NCBI GenBank assembly: GCA_963749705.1
Contig: CAVVNQ010000008.1
Span: 256,001 to 320,000 of the forward strand
Reading direction: 5' to 3'
Length of the DNA stretch: 64,000 nt
From: an uncultured Chloroflexia bacterium
GTDB taxonomy: Bacteria; Chloroflexota; Limnocylindria; Limnocylindrales; CSP1-4
The notes beneath the pieces were generated by a model, which did not search any database, was not told the DNA's origin, and saw only the letters and a program-made list of their open reading frames with translations. The translations under genes and the position numbers were made by a program. Of this stretch, positions 1 through 9,596 are shown piece by piece; position 1 is the first letter of the stretch; each line of letters starts with the position of its first letter.

Positions 1-77
1 TGAGTGGGACCGCATTCGCGGGTTCGTCTCCGCCGAGGTCGAGCTGCCGGCGCGGCCAAGCGACGCCTGAACCAGTC

Positions 78-608
78 TCAGGAGCCTCGCGCGAGGGTCT
101 CCTCGAGCTGCGCGATGTGGTCCTCCAGGTGGCGCACGACGAAGTGGTCACGCACGAAGGTGGCGGGCACCTCACCATCCCGCGGGTGCAGCCCGACCGC
201 CTGATCCTCGCCGGGCTGTGCGACCGGGGGCGACAGCCGTCGCTCCCAGCGCTCGATGCCGGCATCGATCCGGTCGAACAGCTCACGCAGCGGCAGCACG
301 CGGTCCTGCTCGAGGATGCCGAGGCGGAGCACGTTGGCGGCGGTACGCCCGAACGGGACGGGATCGCCAGCCTCCAGCCCGGCCTCGACGATTCGCTCGT
401 ACTGGCCGAGCCAGAACGGCAGCATCTCGGCCGTGTGGGCAAGGACCTCGCGCGGTCCCCAGGAGGCCTCGGGTCCGATCCCGAAGTCCTCGGCGAGGGC
501 CCATGGACCGCCGGCGACCACGCGAGGCCGCAGGCTGGCGAATGCGCGACGCGCGGCGGCGAGGCGCGCGACCTGGGTGGCGTTGTCGGGGGGCGCAGGA
601 TCACTCAT
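78..608 (-). CDS. DinB/YfiT-like four-helix protein
   Basis: ORF from ATG 608; W-G-P-R-E-V-L-A-H near the N-terminus and H-L-E-D-H near the C-terminus match the DinB-like His pattern. Confidence 0.65.
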   Translation of the reverse strand: MSDPAPPDNATQVARLAAARRAFASLRPRVVAGGPWALAEDFGIGPEASWGPREVLAHTAEMLPFWLGQYERIVEAGLEAGDPVPFGRTAANVLRLGILEQDRVLPLRELFDRIDAGIERWERRLSPPVAQPGEDQAVGLHPRDGEVPATFVRDHFVVRHLEDHIAQLEETLARGS

Positions 609-779
609 ACGCGAAGTGTGGCACGCGGGCCAAGGACGCGACGGTGACGCGATCGAGTCGGGATCGGAGCCGGCTTCGGAGTCGGGATCGAGTCGGGATC
701 GCGAGGTGGTCGTCGGCACATCGGACCTCTAGACTTGGCCACCGGTTGGAGCGGCACGGGGGCGTCACGGGAGGGCGTC

Positions 780-3068
780 GTGCACGGGAGTAGCCGGATC
801 CGCCTCGCGGCGACGTGGCTGGCGCTGGCGGCATCGCTGGGTGCGGGGCTGCTGTTCGTCGGCGTGCGGGTCGTGACGCCATCCGACGGCGCGCGCGTCG
901 CGTTCTATGGCGATGGGTGGTCCGCGCGCGGGATCCGAATCGAGCCGATCGATCGTGCCGCACCCGGGCTCGAGGATGGCGACCTGGTGACCGCGGTCGA
1001 CGGTCGGCCGCTCGGGTCATGGGCGAGCGACGCGCTGCGGCCACTGGCCGCGCACGCGGTGCCCTCATCGGGCGCGACCTACCGGATCGAGCGCGGCGGG
1101 GTCAGTGCGGTGGCGGACGTCGCATGGGCCCCACCCAGCGTCGGCGCCACACTGCTCGCCGGCTGGAGCGTCCTGCTGTTCTCGGTCGCGGTTGCCGGGG
1201 TGGCGGCGTTCGTGTTCGCGCGCCGGCCCGACGAGCCCGCCGCCACCGCACTGATGATCGCGGCCTGCGGCGCGGCGGGCAGCAGCCTGCCCTGGTTCCT
1301 GGGGATCACGGTCAGCGATGTCGTCCAGGGTGGCCCGTTCGTGTTCCATGCCCTGGTCACCGGACCGCTGTACATGCTGCTGTGGCCGGCCGGCGTCCAC
1401 CTCGCGCTCGTCTTCCCCCGGCCGCTGCCGATCGTCCGGCGCCACCCGAACATCGTCCCGCTCACGTACGCGGTGGCGCTGGGCGCGTACGGCCTGGCGA
1501 CCGTCGCCGCCGCGGCAACCTCCCCGACGACGCTCGACTGGATCGGGACGTGGCCGCTGACGCAGGTCCTTGTCGTGGTCCCCGCGCTCCTCGTCGCGAT
1601 CGGGCTGTTCGCCCGCAGCTACCGCCGCACGACCGACCCCTCCGAGCGCGACCGCATCCGCTGGGCGACGCTCGGCGGCCTCGCAAGCGCGACCCTGGGC
1701 CTCGGCCTGTTCATGCTTCCCGTGCTGGTGGTCCGCCACCCCCTGATCCCGGATGCCGCGATCGGCATCGTCTCCCTGCCGCTGCCGGTGGGGATCGCCG
1801 CGGGCATCCTGCGCAATCGCCTGTTCGACATCGATGCCGCCATCAACCGCACCCTGGTCTACGGCGGCCTGACCGTCGGCGTGCTGGCCACGTACGTCGT
1901 CGCCGCGACCGCGATCACGACGATCCTCGGCACCGGCACGACGTTCGGCGCCTCGCTGCTGTCGACGGGCATCGCCGCGCTGGTGGCGCTCCCGCTGCGC
2001 GACGTCCTCCAGCGCGCGGCAAACCGCCTGCTCTACGGGCAGCGGGACGATCCGCTGGTCGCGATCCGCCGGCTCGGCGTGCGGCTGGAGCTGGCGGCCG
2101 ACCCGGATCTCGCGTTCCCGGCGATCGCGGAGACGGTCGCGGACGCGCTCCGGCTGCCCTACGTTGCCGTCGAGGTGGCGGACGAGGTCGGCCGGACGAT
2201 GGTCGTCGCCGAGCACGGGCAGCCCGGCCGGGCCGCCGATGAGGTGGCCCTGGTCCATGGCGGCGAGCCGGTCGGGCGGCTGGTCCTGGGCGTTCGCAGC
2301 GGCGAGCAGGGCTTCCGACCCGACGAGCTCGCGTTCCTCCACGACCTCGCGCGCCAGGCCGGCGCGGCGGTCCACGCCCTCCGGCTGCGGGACGCGCTCG
2401 CCGGCTCCCGCGAACGGCTGGTCGTCGCGCGCGAGGAGGAGCGCCGTCGACTCCGGCGCGATCTCCACGACGGCCTGGGGCCGGCGCTGGCCGCGATCGG
2501 CATGCGCGCGGAGGCGTCGGCCGCGATGCTCGATGAGGACGCGGGGGCCGCGCGCCATCAGCTGACCGCGCTCACCGCCGAGGTCCAGGCAGCCCTCGCC
2601 GACGTCCGGCGGCTGGTCGACGGCCTTCGCCCTCCGGCGCTCGACGACCTGGGCCTGGTCGGCGCGATCCGCCAGCAGGCGGCCCGGCTCGATGATCCAG
2701 GGACCGTCGGCGGTGCGGCCGCCAGGGGGACGCGGATCGAGGTCGAGAGCGTCCCGGCCACGCTGCCTGACCTGCCGGCCGCCGTCGAGGTCGCGGCGTT
2801 CCGGATCGCGGTCGAGGCCATGACCAACACCGTCCGCCATGCCGAGGCGTCGATCTGCCGCGTCCGGATCGAGGTTGGTCGCCAGGTGCTCGTCGAGGTG
2901 GTCGACGACGGCCTCGGCCCGCAGGCGGGGCGGCACCCCGGGACGGGCCTGGAGTCGATGCGCGAGCGCGCGGCCGAGCTGGGCGGCGATGCGGTCGTCG
3001 AAGCGCGGCCAGGCGGCGGGACGCGGGTGGTGGCGCGCATCCCGATCGGGCATCCTTCCAGGTCATGA
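780..3068 (+). CDS. Membrane sensor histidine kinase (PDZ-like, multi-TM, GAF, HisKA_3, HATPase)
   Basis: GTG 780 after GGGAGGG; many TM segments; ERRRLRRDLHDGLG H-box, EAMTNTVRHA N-box, DDGLG and GTGLESMRER G-boxes. Confidence 0.9.
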   Translation: MHGSSRIRLAATWLALAASLGAGLLFVGVRVVTPSDGARVAFYGDGWSARGIRIEPIDRAAPGLEDGDLVTAVDGRPLGSWASDALRPLAAHAVPSSGATYRIERGGVSAVADVAWAPPSVGATLLAGWSVLLFSVAVAGVAAFVFARRPDEPAATALMIAACGAAGSSLPWFLGITVSDVVQGGPFVFHALVTGPLYMLLWPAGVHLALVFPRPLPIVRRHPNIVPLTYAVALGAYGLATVAAAATSPTTLDWIGTWPLTQVLVVVPALLVAIGLFARSYRRTTDPSERDRIRWATLGGLASATLGLGLFMLPVLVVRHPLIPDAAIGIVSLPLPVGIAAGILRNRLFDIDAAINRTLVYGGLTVGVLATYVVAATAITTILGTGTTFGASLLSTGIAALVALPLRDVLQRAANRLLYGQRDDPLVAIRRLGVRLELAADPDLAFPAIAETVADALRLPYVAVEVADEVGRTMVVAEHGQPGRAADEVALVHGGEPVGRLVLGVRSGEQGFRPDELAFLHDLARQAGAAVHALRLRDALAGSRERLVVAREEERRRLRRDLHDGLGPALAAIGMRAEASAAMLDEDAGAARHQLTALTAEVQAALADVRRLVDGLRPPALDDLGLVGAIRQQAARLDDPGTVGGAAARGTRIEVESVPATLPDLPAAVEVAAFRIAVEAMTNTVRHAEASICRVRIEVGRQVLVEVVDDGLGPQAGRHPGTGLESMRERAAELGGDAVVEARPGGGTRVVARIPIGHPSRS

Positions 3069-3742
3069 CGGAGCCCGGCGTCCCGACCCGCGTGCTCATC
3101 GCCGATGACCACGCCGCGTTCCGCGCCGGGCTGCGGGCGCTGCTGGAGACCGCCGGCGACCTCGCCGTCGTGGGCGAGGTGAGCACGGGAGCGGCCGCGG
3201 TCGATGCGTCGGCCACGCTCGTGCCCGACGTCGTGCTGATGGACATCAACATGCCCGGGCTCGACGGCGTGGAGGCGACCCGGCGGATCGTCGACCGCTC
3301 ACCCCATGTCGCGGTGCTGGTGCTCACGATGCACGACGACGACGAGACGGTGTTCGCCGCGGTTCGCGCCGGTGCGCGCGGCTACCTGCTCAAGGGCGCC
3401 CAGCGCGGCGAGCTGCTGCGTGCCGTTCGTTCGGTCGCGTCCGGCGAGGCGATCTTCGGCCCGGGCGTCGCGCGCCGGTTGATGGCGTACTTCGCGCGAC
3501 CCGCGCCGGGCATGGACGCCGTCGCCTTCCCCGAGCTCACCGACCGCGAGCGGGAGATCCTCGACCTGGTTGCCCGCGGCCGCTCCAATGCGGAGATCAC
3601 GGCGAGCCTCGTGCTGTCGCCGAAGACGGTGCGCAACCACATCTCGAACGTGTTCTCCAAGCTCCAGGTCCGTGACCGCTCGGAGGCGATCGTGCGCGCG
3701 CGGGAGGCGGGCATGGGGGGCGAGCGCGGGCACCGAGCCTGA
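3065..3742 (+). CDS. NarL/LuxR-family response regulator
   Basis: VLIADDH and DVVLMDINMP receiver motifs; LTDREREIL...KTVRNHISNVFSKL LuxR HTH; ATGA overlap with the kinase. Confidence 0.95.
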   Translation: MTEPGVPTRVLIADDHAAFRAGLRALLETAGDLAVVGEVSTGAAAVDASATLVPDVVLMDINMPGLDGVEATRRIVDRSPHVAVLVLTMHDDDETVFAAVRAGARGYLLKGAQRGELLRAVRSVASGEAIFGPGVARRLMAYFARPAPGMDAVAFPELTDREREILDLVARGRSNAEITASLVLSPKTVRNHISNVFSKLQVRDRSEAIVRAREAGMGGERGHRA

Positions 3743-3753
3743 CGTCGGGGATC

Positions 3754-3790
3754 GGGACACCGGTCCCATGACCGCCGGGACGCGCGCCCC
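3754..3790. promoter_or_regulatory. Putative tandem operator (GGGAC-N4-GTCCC) for the adjacent LuxR regulator
   Basis: GGGACACCGGTCCC at 3754-3767 and GGGACGCGCGCCCC at 3777-3790, upstream of the 3854 gene. Confidence 0.4.
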
Positions 3791-3853
3791 GCAAGGTTGG
3801 CGCCAGGTGGACGGCCGGACGTCCGGTCGCACCCCAACGGAGGTCACACACCG

Positions 3854-4261
3854 ATGCGCGTCCTCAGGAGCATCGCCCTCGCCCTTGCCATCAGCATCAT
3901 CCCGCTCGCCTCCGCGGCAGCCCATGAGTGCTTCGTGGTCAATCGGTCCGACACCGGGAACCTGCACGCCACCGCATCCGGGCGGTGGGTGACGCTGACG
4001 CTCCACGACCTGTACGAGACGACCGAGGAGGTCGGCCTGCCCGACCTGACCGAGGCGCAGGTCGACTATGCGACGGCGCTCGCCTCGTCGTGGGGCGTGC
4101 CCGACAGCTTCACCTTCCGCTCCGACAAGACCCTGCTCGAGAACGCGAGCGGCTGGCAGAAGAACGGCCACTCCTCGGACGGCAAGGGCATCGACCACTT
4201 CGTCGACGTCTACGGTGACCAGCTGTTCGGTGCGCTGTTCGCGGCCCTGGCCAACGCGTAG
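3854..4261 (+). CDS. Secreted hypothetical protein
   Basis: GGAGG RBS; signal peptide MRVLRSIALALAISIIPLASAAA. Confidence 0.75.
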   Translation: MRVLRSIALALAISIIPLASAAAHECFVVNRSDTGNLHATASGRWVTLTLHDLYETTEEVGLPDLTEAQVDYATALASSWGVPDSFTFRSDKTLLENASGWQKNGHSSDGKGIDHFVDVYGDQLFGALFAALANA

Positions 4262-4299
4262 CCGCCGCCAACCGTCTCCCACCTGAAGGAGGTCCGCCC

Positions 4300-4734
4300 A
4301 TGGTCCGCTCCATGGCCCGCCGCGCGCTGCCGCTGGCGGCCGGGCTGTTCGTCGCCTGCGCCGTCGTCCAGGTGTTCCTCGCCGGTCTGGGCGTGTTCGA
4401 CGACCCCAAGGCGTTCATCACCCACCGCGAGTTCGGCTACACGTTCGGCTGGCTGACGCTGGTCGTCCTGGTGCTCGCGCTCGTTGGCGGCGTGCCGCGG
4501 CGGGTCATCGGGCTCGGCGTCCTGCTGCTGGTCCTGTTCGCGCTCCAATCGGTCCTGATCGCCCTTCGCACCGACTACCCCGCCGTCGCGGCGTTGCACC
4601 CGCTCAACGGGTTCGCGGTGCTCGCGGTGGGGCTCGTGACCACCCGCGCCGCGTGGGCGACCCGTCGAGCGGAGCTGCCGGACGCACGAGCGGCCGCGGC
4701 CGGTCCCGCCGCAGCCGCCGCCGAGGCCCGGTGA
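4300..4734 (+). CDS. Four-TM membrane protein (DUF6220-like)
   Basis: AAGGAGG RBS; VQVFLAGLGVF...H...LQSVL...ALHPLNG pattern. Confidence 0.7.
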   Translation: MVRSMARRALPLAAGLFVACAVVQVFLAGLGVFDDPKAFITHREFGYTFGWLTLVVLVLALVGGVPRRVIGLGVLLLVLFALQSVLIALRTDYPAVAALHPLNGFAVLAVGLVTTRAAWATRRAELPDARAAAAGPAAAAAEAR

Positions 4735-4779
4735 TGGTCACCGTGGGCCGCCGGGCCTGCAACGGGTCGGATCCGTTCC

Positions 4780-5406
4780 ATGGCTGACGCCGTCACGATC
4801 GCGGGGCTGCTGCTGGTGGCGGGTCCCATCGTCGGCATGGTCCCCGTCGCGTGGCCGCCGTTCCCGAGGATCTGGTCGATGAGCCGGGAGGACCACGTCT
4901 CGACCGTGGCCGCACACCAGCGCGGCTGGTGGATTCTCAACGCGGGGTTCGCGTTCGCGACCATCACCAGCACCGGTGGGCTGGCCATCCTGGCCGTGGC
5001 GCTCACCGGCGACACCGGCCGGTCAGCATGGCTGACGGCCGTGTGGGTCGCGTACGCGATCGGGGGCGTGCTGTGGTGCACGGTGCTCGCGATGCGGGCA
5101 CGGACGACGCCGGCGATCCACGACCTCGGCCTCATCGATGCACCGCCCGGCACCACCGAGCTGCTGCTGGGCGCCGCCACCGGCGGCGTGTTCGCGATGT
5201 ACGTCGTCGTGACCGCGGCGTCGCTCGTGGTGCTCGGCGTCGTCCTCGTCCTTGCGGGAGGGGTCGCGGCGCCGGTCGCCGGGCTCGCTGTGGTGATCGC
5301 CGCCATCGCCGTCGGCGTCCAGGTCGTGACCGGCGACACCATCCCGGCCGTGCTCTACCTGCCTACCCTGATCATCGGGATCGCCCTGCTCGCGGGCTGG
5401 ACCTGA
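4780..5406 (+). CDS. Multi-pass membrane protein (DUF4386-like)
   Basis: Several hydrophobic segments; coding-like codon usage. Confidence 0.6.
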   Translation: MADAVTIAGLLLVAGPIVGMVPVAWPPFPRIWSMSREDHVSTVAAHQRGWWILNAGFAFATITSTGGLAILAVALTGDTGRSAWLTAVWVAYAIGGVLWCTVLAMRARTTPAIHDLGLIDAPPGTTELLLGAATGGVFAMYVVVTAASLVVLGVVLVLAGGVAAPVAGLAVVIAAIAVGVQVVTGDTIPAVLYLPTLIIGIALLAGWT

Positions 5407-5431
5407 CCCCGACCCTGCGGAGGACCACGTC

Positions 5432-5992
5432 ATGACGTCCCAGGCACCCCGCTCCCTCACCGACGCCCGCATCGGCGCGCCCGCCCTCCGGTTGAGCGGC
5501 GTCATCGGCGCGATCGGGCTGGTGTTCCTGATCGCGATGTTCGCCGCGTTCGCCGCCGGGGCTCGCCGCTTCGGCATGACCGTGGGCTGGATCAACGACG
5601 TGTCCGGCGTCGTCACGATGCCCATCGCGCTGCCGGGGATGCTGGTTCTGCACCGACGGATCCGGCCGCATGCCGGTCGCGGCGGCGACGCCCTGCTCGT
5701 GCTGGGTGTCGGGTCCGTTGGTGCGATCTCGGCGCTGCAGCTCGCTCTCGTCAGCGGTCGCCTGACGTTCGAGGAGCAGATCGGGCCGGTCACCATTGCG
5801 TTCCTGGCGCTCGGCGTGTGGTTCATCCTCACCGGCCGGATCGCCCAGCGGCACGGCATCTTCCCGGGTGGGATCCGGCTGGGCATCCTCGCCACGATCT
5901 ACGCCGGCTACCCGCTGTGGGCGTTCCGGCTCGCACGGGCACTCGAAGCCGAATCCGTTGCGGAGGACGTGGCGGCGGCCGCAACCGCCTGA
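5432..5992 (+). CDS. Hypothetical membrane protein
   Basis: GGAGGA RBS; about 5 TM segments. Confidence 0.65.
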   Translation: MTSQAPRSLTDARIGAPALRLSGVIGAIGLVFLIAMFAAFAAGARRFGMTVGWINDVSGVVTMPIALPGMLVLHRRIRPHAGRGGDALLVLGVGSVGAISALQLALVSGRLTFEEQIGPVTIAFLALGVWFILTGRIAQRHGIFPGGIRLGILATIYAGYPLWAFRLARALEAESVAEDVAAAATA

Positions 5993-6037
5993 CGACGATT
6001 CGCGAGCCGGCACGCCGCCGCATCACGGAGGCCAGAT

Positions 6038-6508
6038 GTGTACACCCCGTTCGTCGCGCTGCACCTGCTCGGCCTGGCCCTGTTCCTCGCGTCGCATGGC
6101 GTCTCGATGTGGGTCGCGTTCCGGGTGCGGATCGAGCGTGACCGGAGCGTGATCCGGGCCATGCTCGAGATGTCGGCGGTGGCCAGCCGGCTCGCGTACG
6201 GCGGCCTGCTGCTGCTCGGCATCGGCGGCATCGGCGCGGCCGCGACCGCGGACCTGCTCACGACCTCGTGGGTGGTGGCGTCCTACGTCGTCCTCGCGGC
6301 GGTCCTGCTCGCGATGTACGGCATCGCCGCCCCCTACTACTACGGGCTGCGCGACGGCCTCGACGGCACGGACAAGGTCGAGCGGCTCGCCGACGAGGTC
6401 CTGGCGGACCGGCTCCGGACGCGGCGTCCAGAGATCCTCGCGGTCACCGGCGGTGCCGGAATCGTGGTGCTCGTGCTGCTGATGGTGGCCCGACCCGGCC
6501 TCTGGTGA
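6038..6508 (+). CDS. DUF2269-like membrane protein
   Basis: ALHLLG N-terminus, 4 TM segments, C-terminal LMVARP. Confidence 0.65.
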   Translation: MYTPFVALHLLGLALFLASHGVSMWVAFRVRIERDRSVIRAMLEMSAVASRLAYGGLLLLGIGGIGAAATADLLTTSWVVASYVVLAAVLLAMYGIAAPYYYGLRDGLDGTDKVERLADEVLADRLRTRRPEILAVTGGAGIVVLVLLMVARPGLW

Positions 6509-6650
6509 TCCCCGGTCCGCGGCGGCCCGGCGGCCACACCATGCGGGATGGGCCCGCCCGGCCGTCCCGCGACACGACGTGAAACCGGTGGCGAAGACCG
6601 CGCGTAGAGATCCCTGTCCAACCCGACGAACCCATGACAGGAGATCCTGA

Positions 6651-7217
6651 ATGCGCCTTCTGCGTGCGACGGCACCCATCCTCATCCTCGGCGTGGCGCT
6701 TGCCGCGTGCAGCAGTGGCGGTACGGCGACCAACGCCCCGACCACGGCTCCGGCGGCCAGCGAGGCACCGGCGGCCAGCGAGGCCCCATCGACGGGCGGC
6801 GGCCGGTACGGCTCCGGCGGCGCGTCCGAGGCTCCGGCGTCCGAGGCTCCGGCGTCCGAGGCTCCGGCAGCCGTGTCGATCGCGGTCACGACGACGCCCC
6901 TGGGCGACATCCTCGCCGACGGAGCCGGGCGGACCCTGTACGTGTTCACCGCCGACAGCGGTGGCACGTCCACCTGCTACGACTCGTGTGCCGACAACTG
7001 GCCGGCGCTCACATCCGACACCACGCCCCAGCTGGGCGCCGGCCTGACCGCGGCGGACTTCGGCACGACGGCCCGGACGGATGGCTCGACGCAGGTCACG
7101 TTCCACAACATGCCGCTGTACTACTTCGCGGGCGATACCGCACCCGGTCAGACGAACGGGCAGGGCCTTGCCAACAAGTGGTACGTCGTCGACGCCAGCG
7201 GCGCGATGATCAAGTAG
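6651..7217 (+). CDS. Secreted repeat lipoprotein with Yx(FWY)xxD motifs (COG4315)
   Basis: Lipobox LAAC; TLYVFTAD, CYDSCADNWP and PLYYFAGD motifs; APA(A)SE low-complexity linker. Confidence 0.85.
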   Translation: MRLLRATAPILILGVALAACSSGGTATNAPTTAPAASEAPAASEAPSTGGGRYGSGGASEAPASEAPASEAPAAVSIAVTTTPLGDILADGAGRTLYVFTADSGGTSTCYDSCADNWPALTSDTTPQLGAGLTAADFGTTARTDGSTQVTFHNMPLYYFAGDTAPGQTNGQGLANKWYVVDASGAMIK

Positions 7218-7250
7218 GCGCACCTCGCGTGCGGTGGCGCCGACCCGGGG

Positions 7251-7829
7251 TCAGCCCACCGCACGCTCGTTGCGGGCCGCCGCGGACGCGATCTTCGCGA
7301 TCCGCGCAGCCCGGGTCTCGGGACGTCGCGCGAAGGCGACCCAGGCCAGCATCTGCTTTCGTGCCGACGGGGGGAACGCCGCGAAGTTGACCGCGGCGGC
7401 GGGGGTGCCGTCGAGTGCGGCGGCGAGGTCCTCCGGAACCTCCATCCGCTCGACGGAATCGAGCACCTCCCACGAGCCGTTGGCCTTGGCCCGCTCGATC
7501 GCGGCCAGCCCGGCCGGCGCCATCCGCCCGCTCGCGATCAGCCGCGCGACGCGCACCTTGTTGGTCGCCGCCCAGCCGCTGCGCGGCTTGCGGGGCGCGA
7601 AGTAGAGCTTGCCGCGGTCGTCATCGACGCGGCCGGCCGTGCTGTCGACCCAGCCGTAGCACAGCGCCTCCTCGATCGCCGCCTCGTAGTCGAGGCCCTG
7701 GCGGCCGGATCGGGGACGCCAGGTCACCAGCCATGCGCCGCGGGCGGTCGCGTGGTTGGCCTTGAGCCACGCACGCCAGGTGTCCCGATCATCGGCGTGG
7801 ACCATCGGGGCATCGTCGAGCGCGGACAC
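7251..7829 (-). CDS. YdeI/OmpD-associated family protein
   Basis: WRAWL...EALCYGWVDS...FAPRKPRSGW...NKVRV...VPEDL...RRPETRAARI. Confidence 0.85.
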   Translation of the reverse strand: MSALDDAPMVHADDRDTWRAWLKANHATARGAWLVTWRPRSGRQGLDYEAAIEEALCYGWVDSTAGRVDDDRGKLYFAPRKPRSGWAATNKVRVARLIASGRMAPAGLAAIERAKANGSWEVLDSVERMEVPEDLAAALDGTPAAAVNFAAFPPSARKQMLAWVAFARRPETRAARIAKIASAAARNERAVG

Positions 7830-7839
7830 GTGGCAGGTC

Positions 7840-8295
7840 TCAGCCGCTCGTCGGGGTCGGGATGGTCAACGTGACCAACGATGCCGGCAGGTCCTCCAGC
7901 CCGGTCAGCCGGAGCGTGTGCCCGATGCCGATCGCATCGCACGCGCCGGCGGCAACCGTGGTGCGGATCGCGATCGAGAGACCCGATCCGGCGGCCGCGA
8001 TGTCGATCGCCGTCGTCTGGTCGCAGGCGCCGCCGACCCACGGCACGAGCAGGATCCGGGGCTGTCCGGCGGGGTTGGAGACCCCCTCGAAGGTGCCGAC
8101 GCCGGTCGGATCGACCTCCGCGTTGTCGATCCGACCGCTCGTGTCGTGGATGGTGACGGTGACGGTCTGGCCGGCGGTCGTCACGGCCGACTCCGTCCAG
8201 TCGCGCGGGCTCGAGACCCGCGTGATGGAGCACCCGGCCAGGGCGAGGGCAGCCACCAGGGCCGCGATGACCATGCGTGAACGATGGGATGACAC
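7840..8295 (-). CDS. Hypothetical lipoprotein
   Basis: Lipobox LAGC; WVGGACD...CDAIG. Confidence 0.7.
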   Translation of the reverse strand: MSSHRSRMVIAALVAALALAGCSITRVSSPRDWTESAVTTAGQTVTVTIHDTSGRIDNAEVDPTGVGTFEGVSNPAGQPRILLVPWVGGACDQTTAIDIAAAGSGLSIAIRTTVAAGACDAIGIGHTLRLTGLEDLPASLVTLTIPTPTSG

Positions 8296-8315
8296 CCGAT
8301 GATCCTCTCATGCGG

Positions 8316-8338
8316 CGGCCCGCCTCCGTGGCGGGCCG
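8316..8338 (-). terminator. Hairpin downstream of the PreA-like gene (possible terminator)
   Basis: Perfect 9-bp stem CGGCCCGCC/GGCGGGCCG with a 5-nt loop; no U-tract. Confidence 0.3.
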
Positions 8339-8396
8339 TACGGATCCCTGACGCGGCCCCTGCTCGCGCGGTTCCGTCAGACGCCGGGATCGAATC

Positions 8397-9596
8397 CTAT
8401 GCCGGCGCGACCGCCATCGGCGCCCACATCAGCGCGCCGGGCCGGCAGCGCGTCAGGCACAGCCCGCACTTCTCGCACCGCTCCTCGTCCAGCTCCGCCT
8501 TCCCGCCGACCACGTGGATCGCGTCGTACACGCACGATCCCTCGCACAGCGCGCAGCCGTTGCACAGGTCGACATCGACGATCGGCGGCCCCGTCACCTG
8601 CTCCGGGACCGGCGCCTGCTGGGCCATCCCGCGGATCTCGTCCAGGCGCGTGTACCCGTGGGCCGCCAGCCACGCGCCCGTCTCCCGCGCGATCTTCCCG
8701 AACACCGCGTGACCGCGCAGGATCGCGGCCGTGCACACCTGGACCGCCGAGGCCCCGGCCATCGCCATCTCGATGACGTCGGTCCCGCGGCTGACGCCGC
8801 CGCAGCCGATCACCGGCAGGTCGACGGCGCGCGCCACGTCGTACACGCAGCGCACGGCGAGCGGCTTGAGCGCCGGCCCGGACAGCCAGCCGTACCCGTC
8901 GCCGCCGCCCATCCGCGGTCGCCCGGTCTCGATGTCGATGCCCAGGCAGGGTCCGAATGAGTTGATGGCCACGATCGCGTCCGCCCCGGCCCGGGCGGCA
9001 TGCTCCGCGGCGCGCGCCATCTCGCGGCCCAGCGGGCTGAGCTTGACGAACACCGGGATGTCCACGGCGTCCTTGGCCGCCCGGATCGCGTCGATCATCG
9101 GCGCCGGGTCCTCGCCGATGTAGTGCGTCGACAGCTCCAGCGCGTCGGCGAACGGGCGCACCCGCGGCGCCAGCCAGGCGATGTCCTCCGCCGAGTAGCC
9201 GAGGCTCACGACCAGCGGCATGCCGGCCGTCCGGGCCAGCGGCAGCTCTCGCTCCAGCCACTGCTCCGGGGCCAGCTCGGACCACAGCTCCGTGTTGAGG
9301 AAGCCGTGCGCGATCTCGGCCATGTTGGGCGTGGGCACCTCGGCGGCACGGCGCGAGATCGTCTTGGCCACCAGGCCGCCGGCGCCGCCCGCGGCGCATT
9401 CGAGGATCGCCTCGCCGTCACGGACGGGTGGCCCGGCCGCCGGCAGCACCGGGTTCGAGAACCGGATCCCGCACACGTCGACGGACAGGTCGACCTCGAC
9501 CGGCGCCGCCGGGTCGAGCGGAGTCGGGGTCGCGGTCGCGGTCGGCATGGCCGCCATCGCGGACGCGGGGGTCGGTCGCGCGCTCGGCCGGCTCAT
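8397..9596 (-). CDS. Dihydroorotate/dihydropyrimidine dehydrogenase (PreA-like) FMN enzyme with C-terminal 2x[4Fe-4S] domain
   Basis: NPVLPAAGP, VAKT, VFVKLSP, AINS, LSGPALKP, IGCGG and VQVCTA; CNGCALCEGSC and CEKCGLCLTRC; ATGA-coupled to the upstream gene. Confidence 0.85.
   Translation of the reverse strand: MSRPSARPTPASAMAAMPTATATPTPLDPAAPVEVDLSVDVCGIRFSNPVLPAAGPPVRDGEAILECAAGGAGGLVAKTISRRAAEVPTPNMAEIAHGFLNTELWSELAPEQWLERELPLARTAGMPLVVSLGYSAEDIAWLAPRVRPFADALELSTHYIGEDPAPMIDAIRAAKDAVDIPVFVKLSPLGREMARAAEHAARAGADAIVAINSFGPCLGIDIETGRPRMGGGDGYGWLSGPALKPLAVRCVYDVARAVDLPVIGCGGVSRGTDVIEMAMAGASAVQVCTAAILRGHAVFGKIARETGAWLAAHGYTRLDEIRGMAQQAPVPEQVTGPPIVDVDLCNGCALCEGSCVYDAIHVVGGKAELDEERCEKCGLCLTRCRPGALMWAPMAVAPA

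Noticed and set aside
656-702. GAGTCGGGATCG short repeats, and similar 15-bp duplications near 43710 and 45691
   Set aside because: Simple slippage-type repeats with no sign of function.
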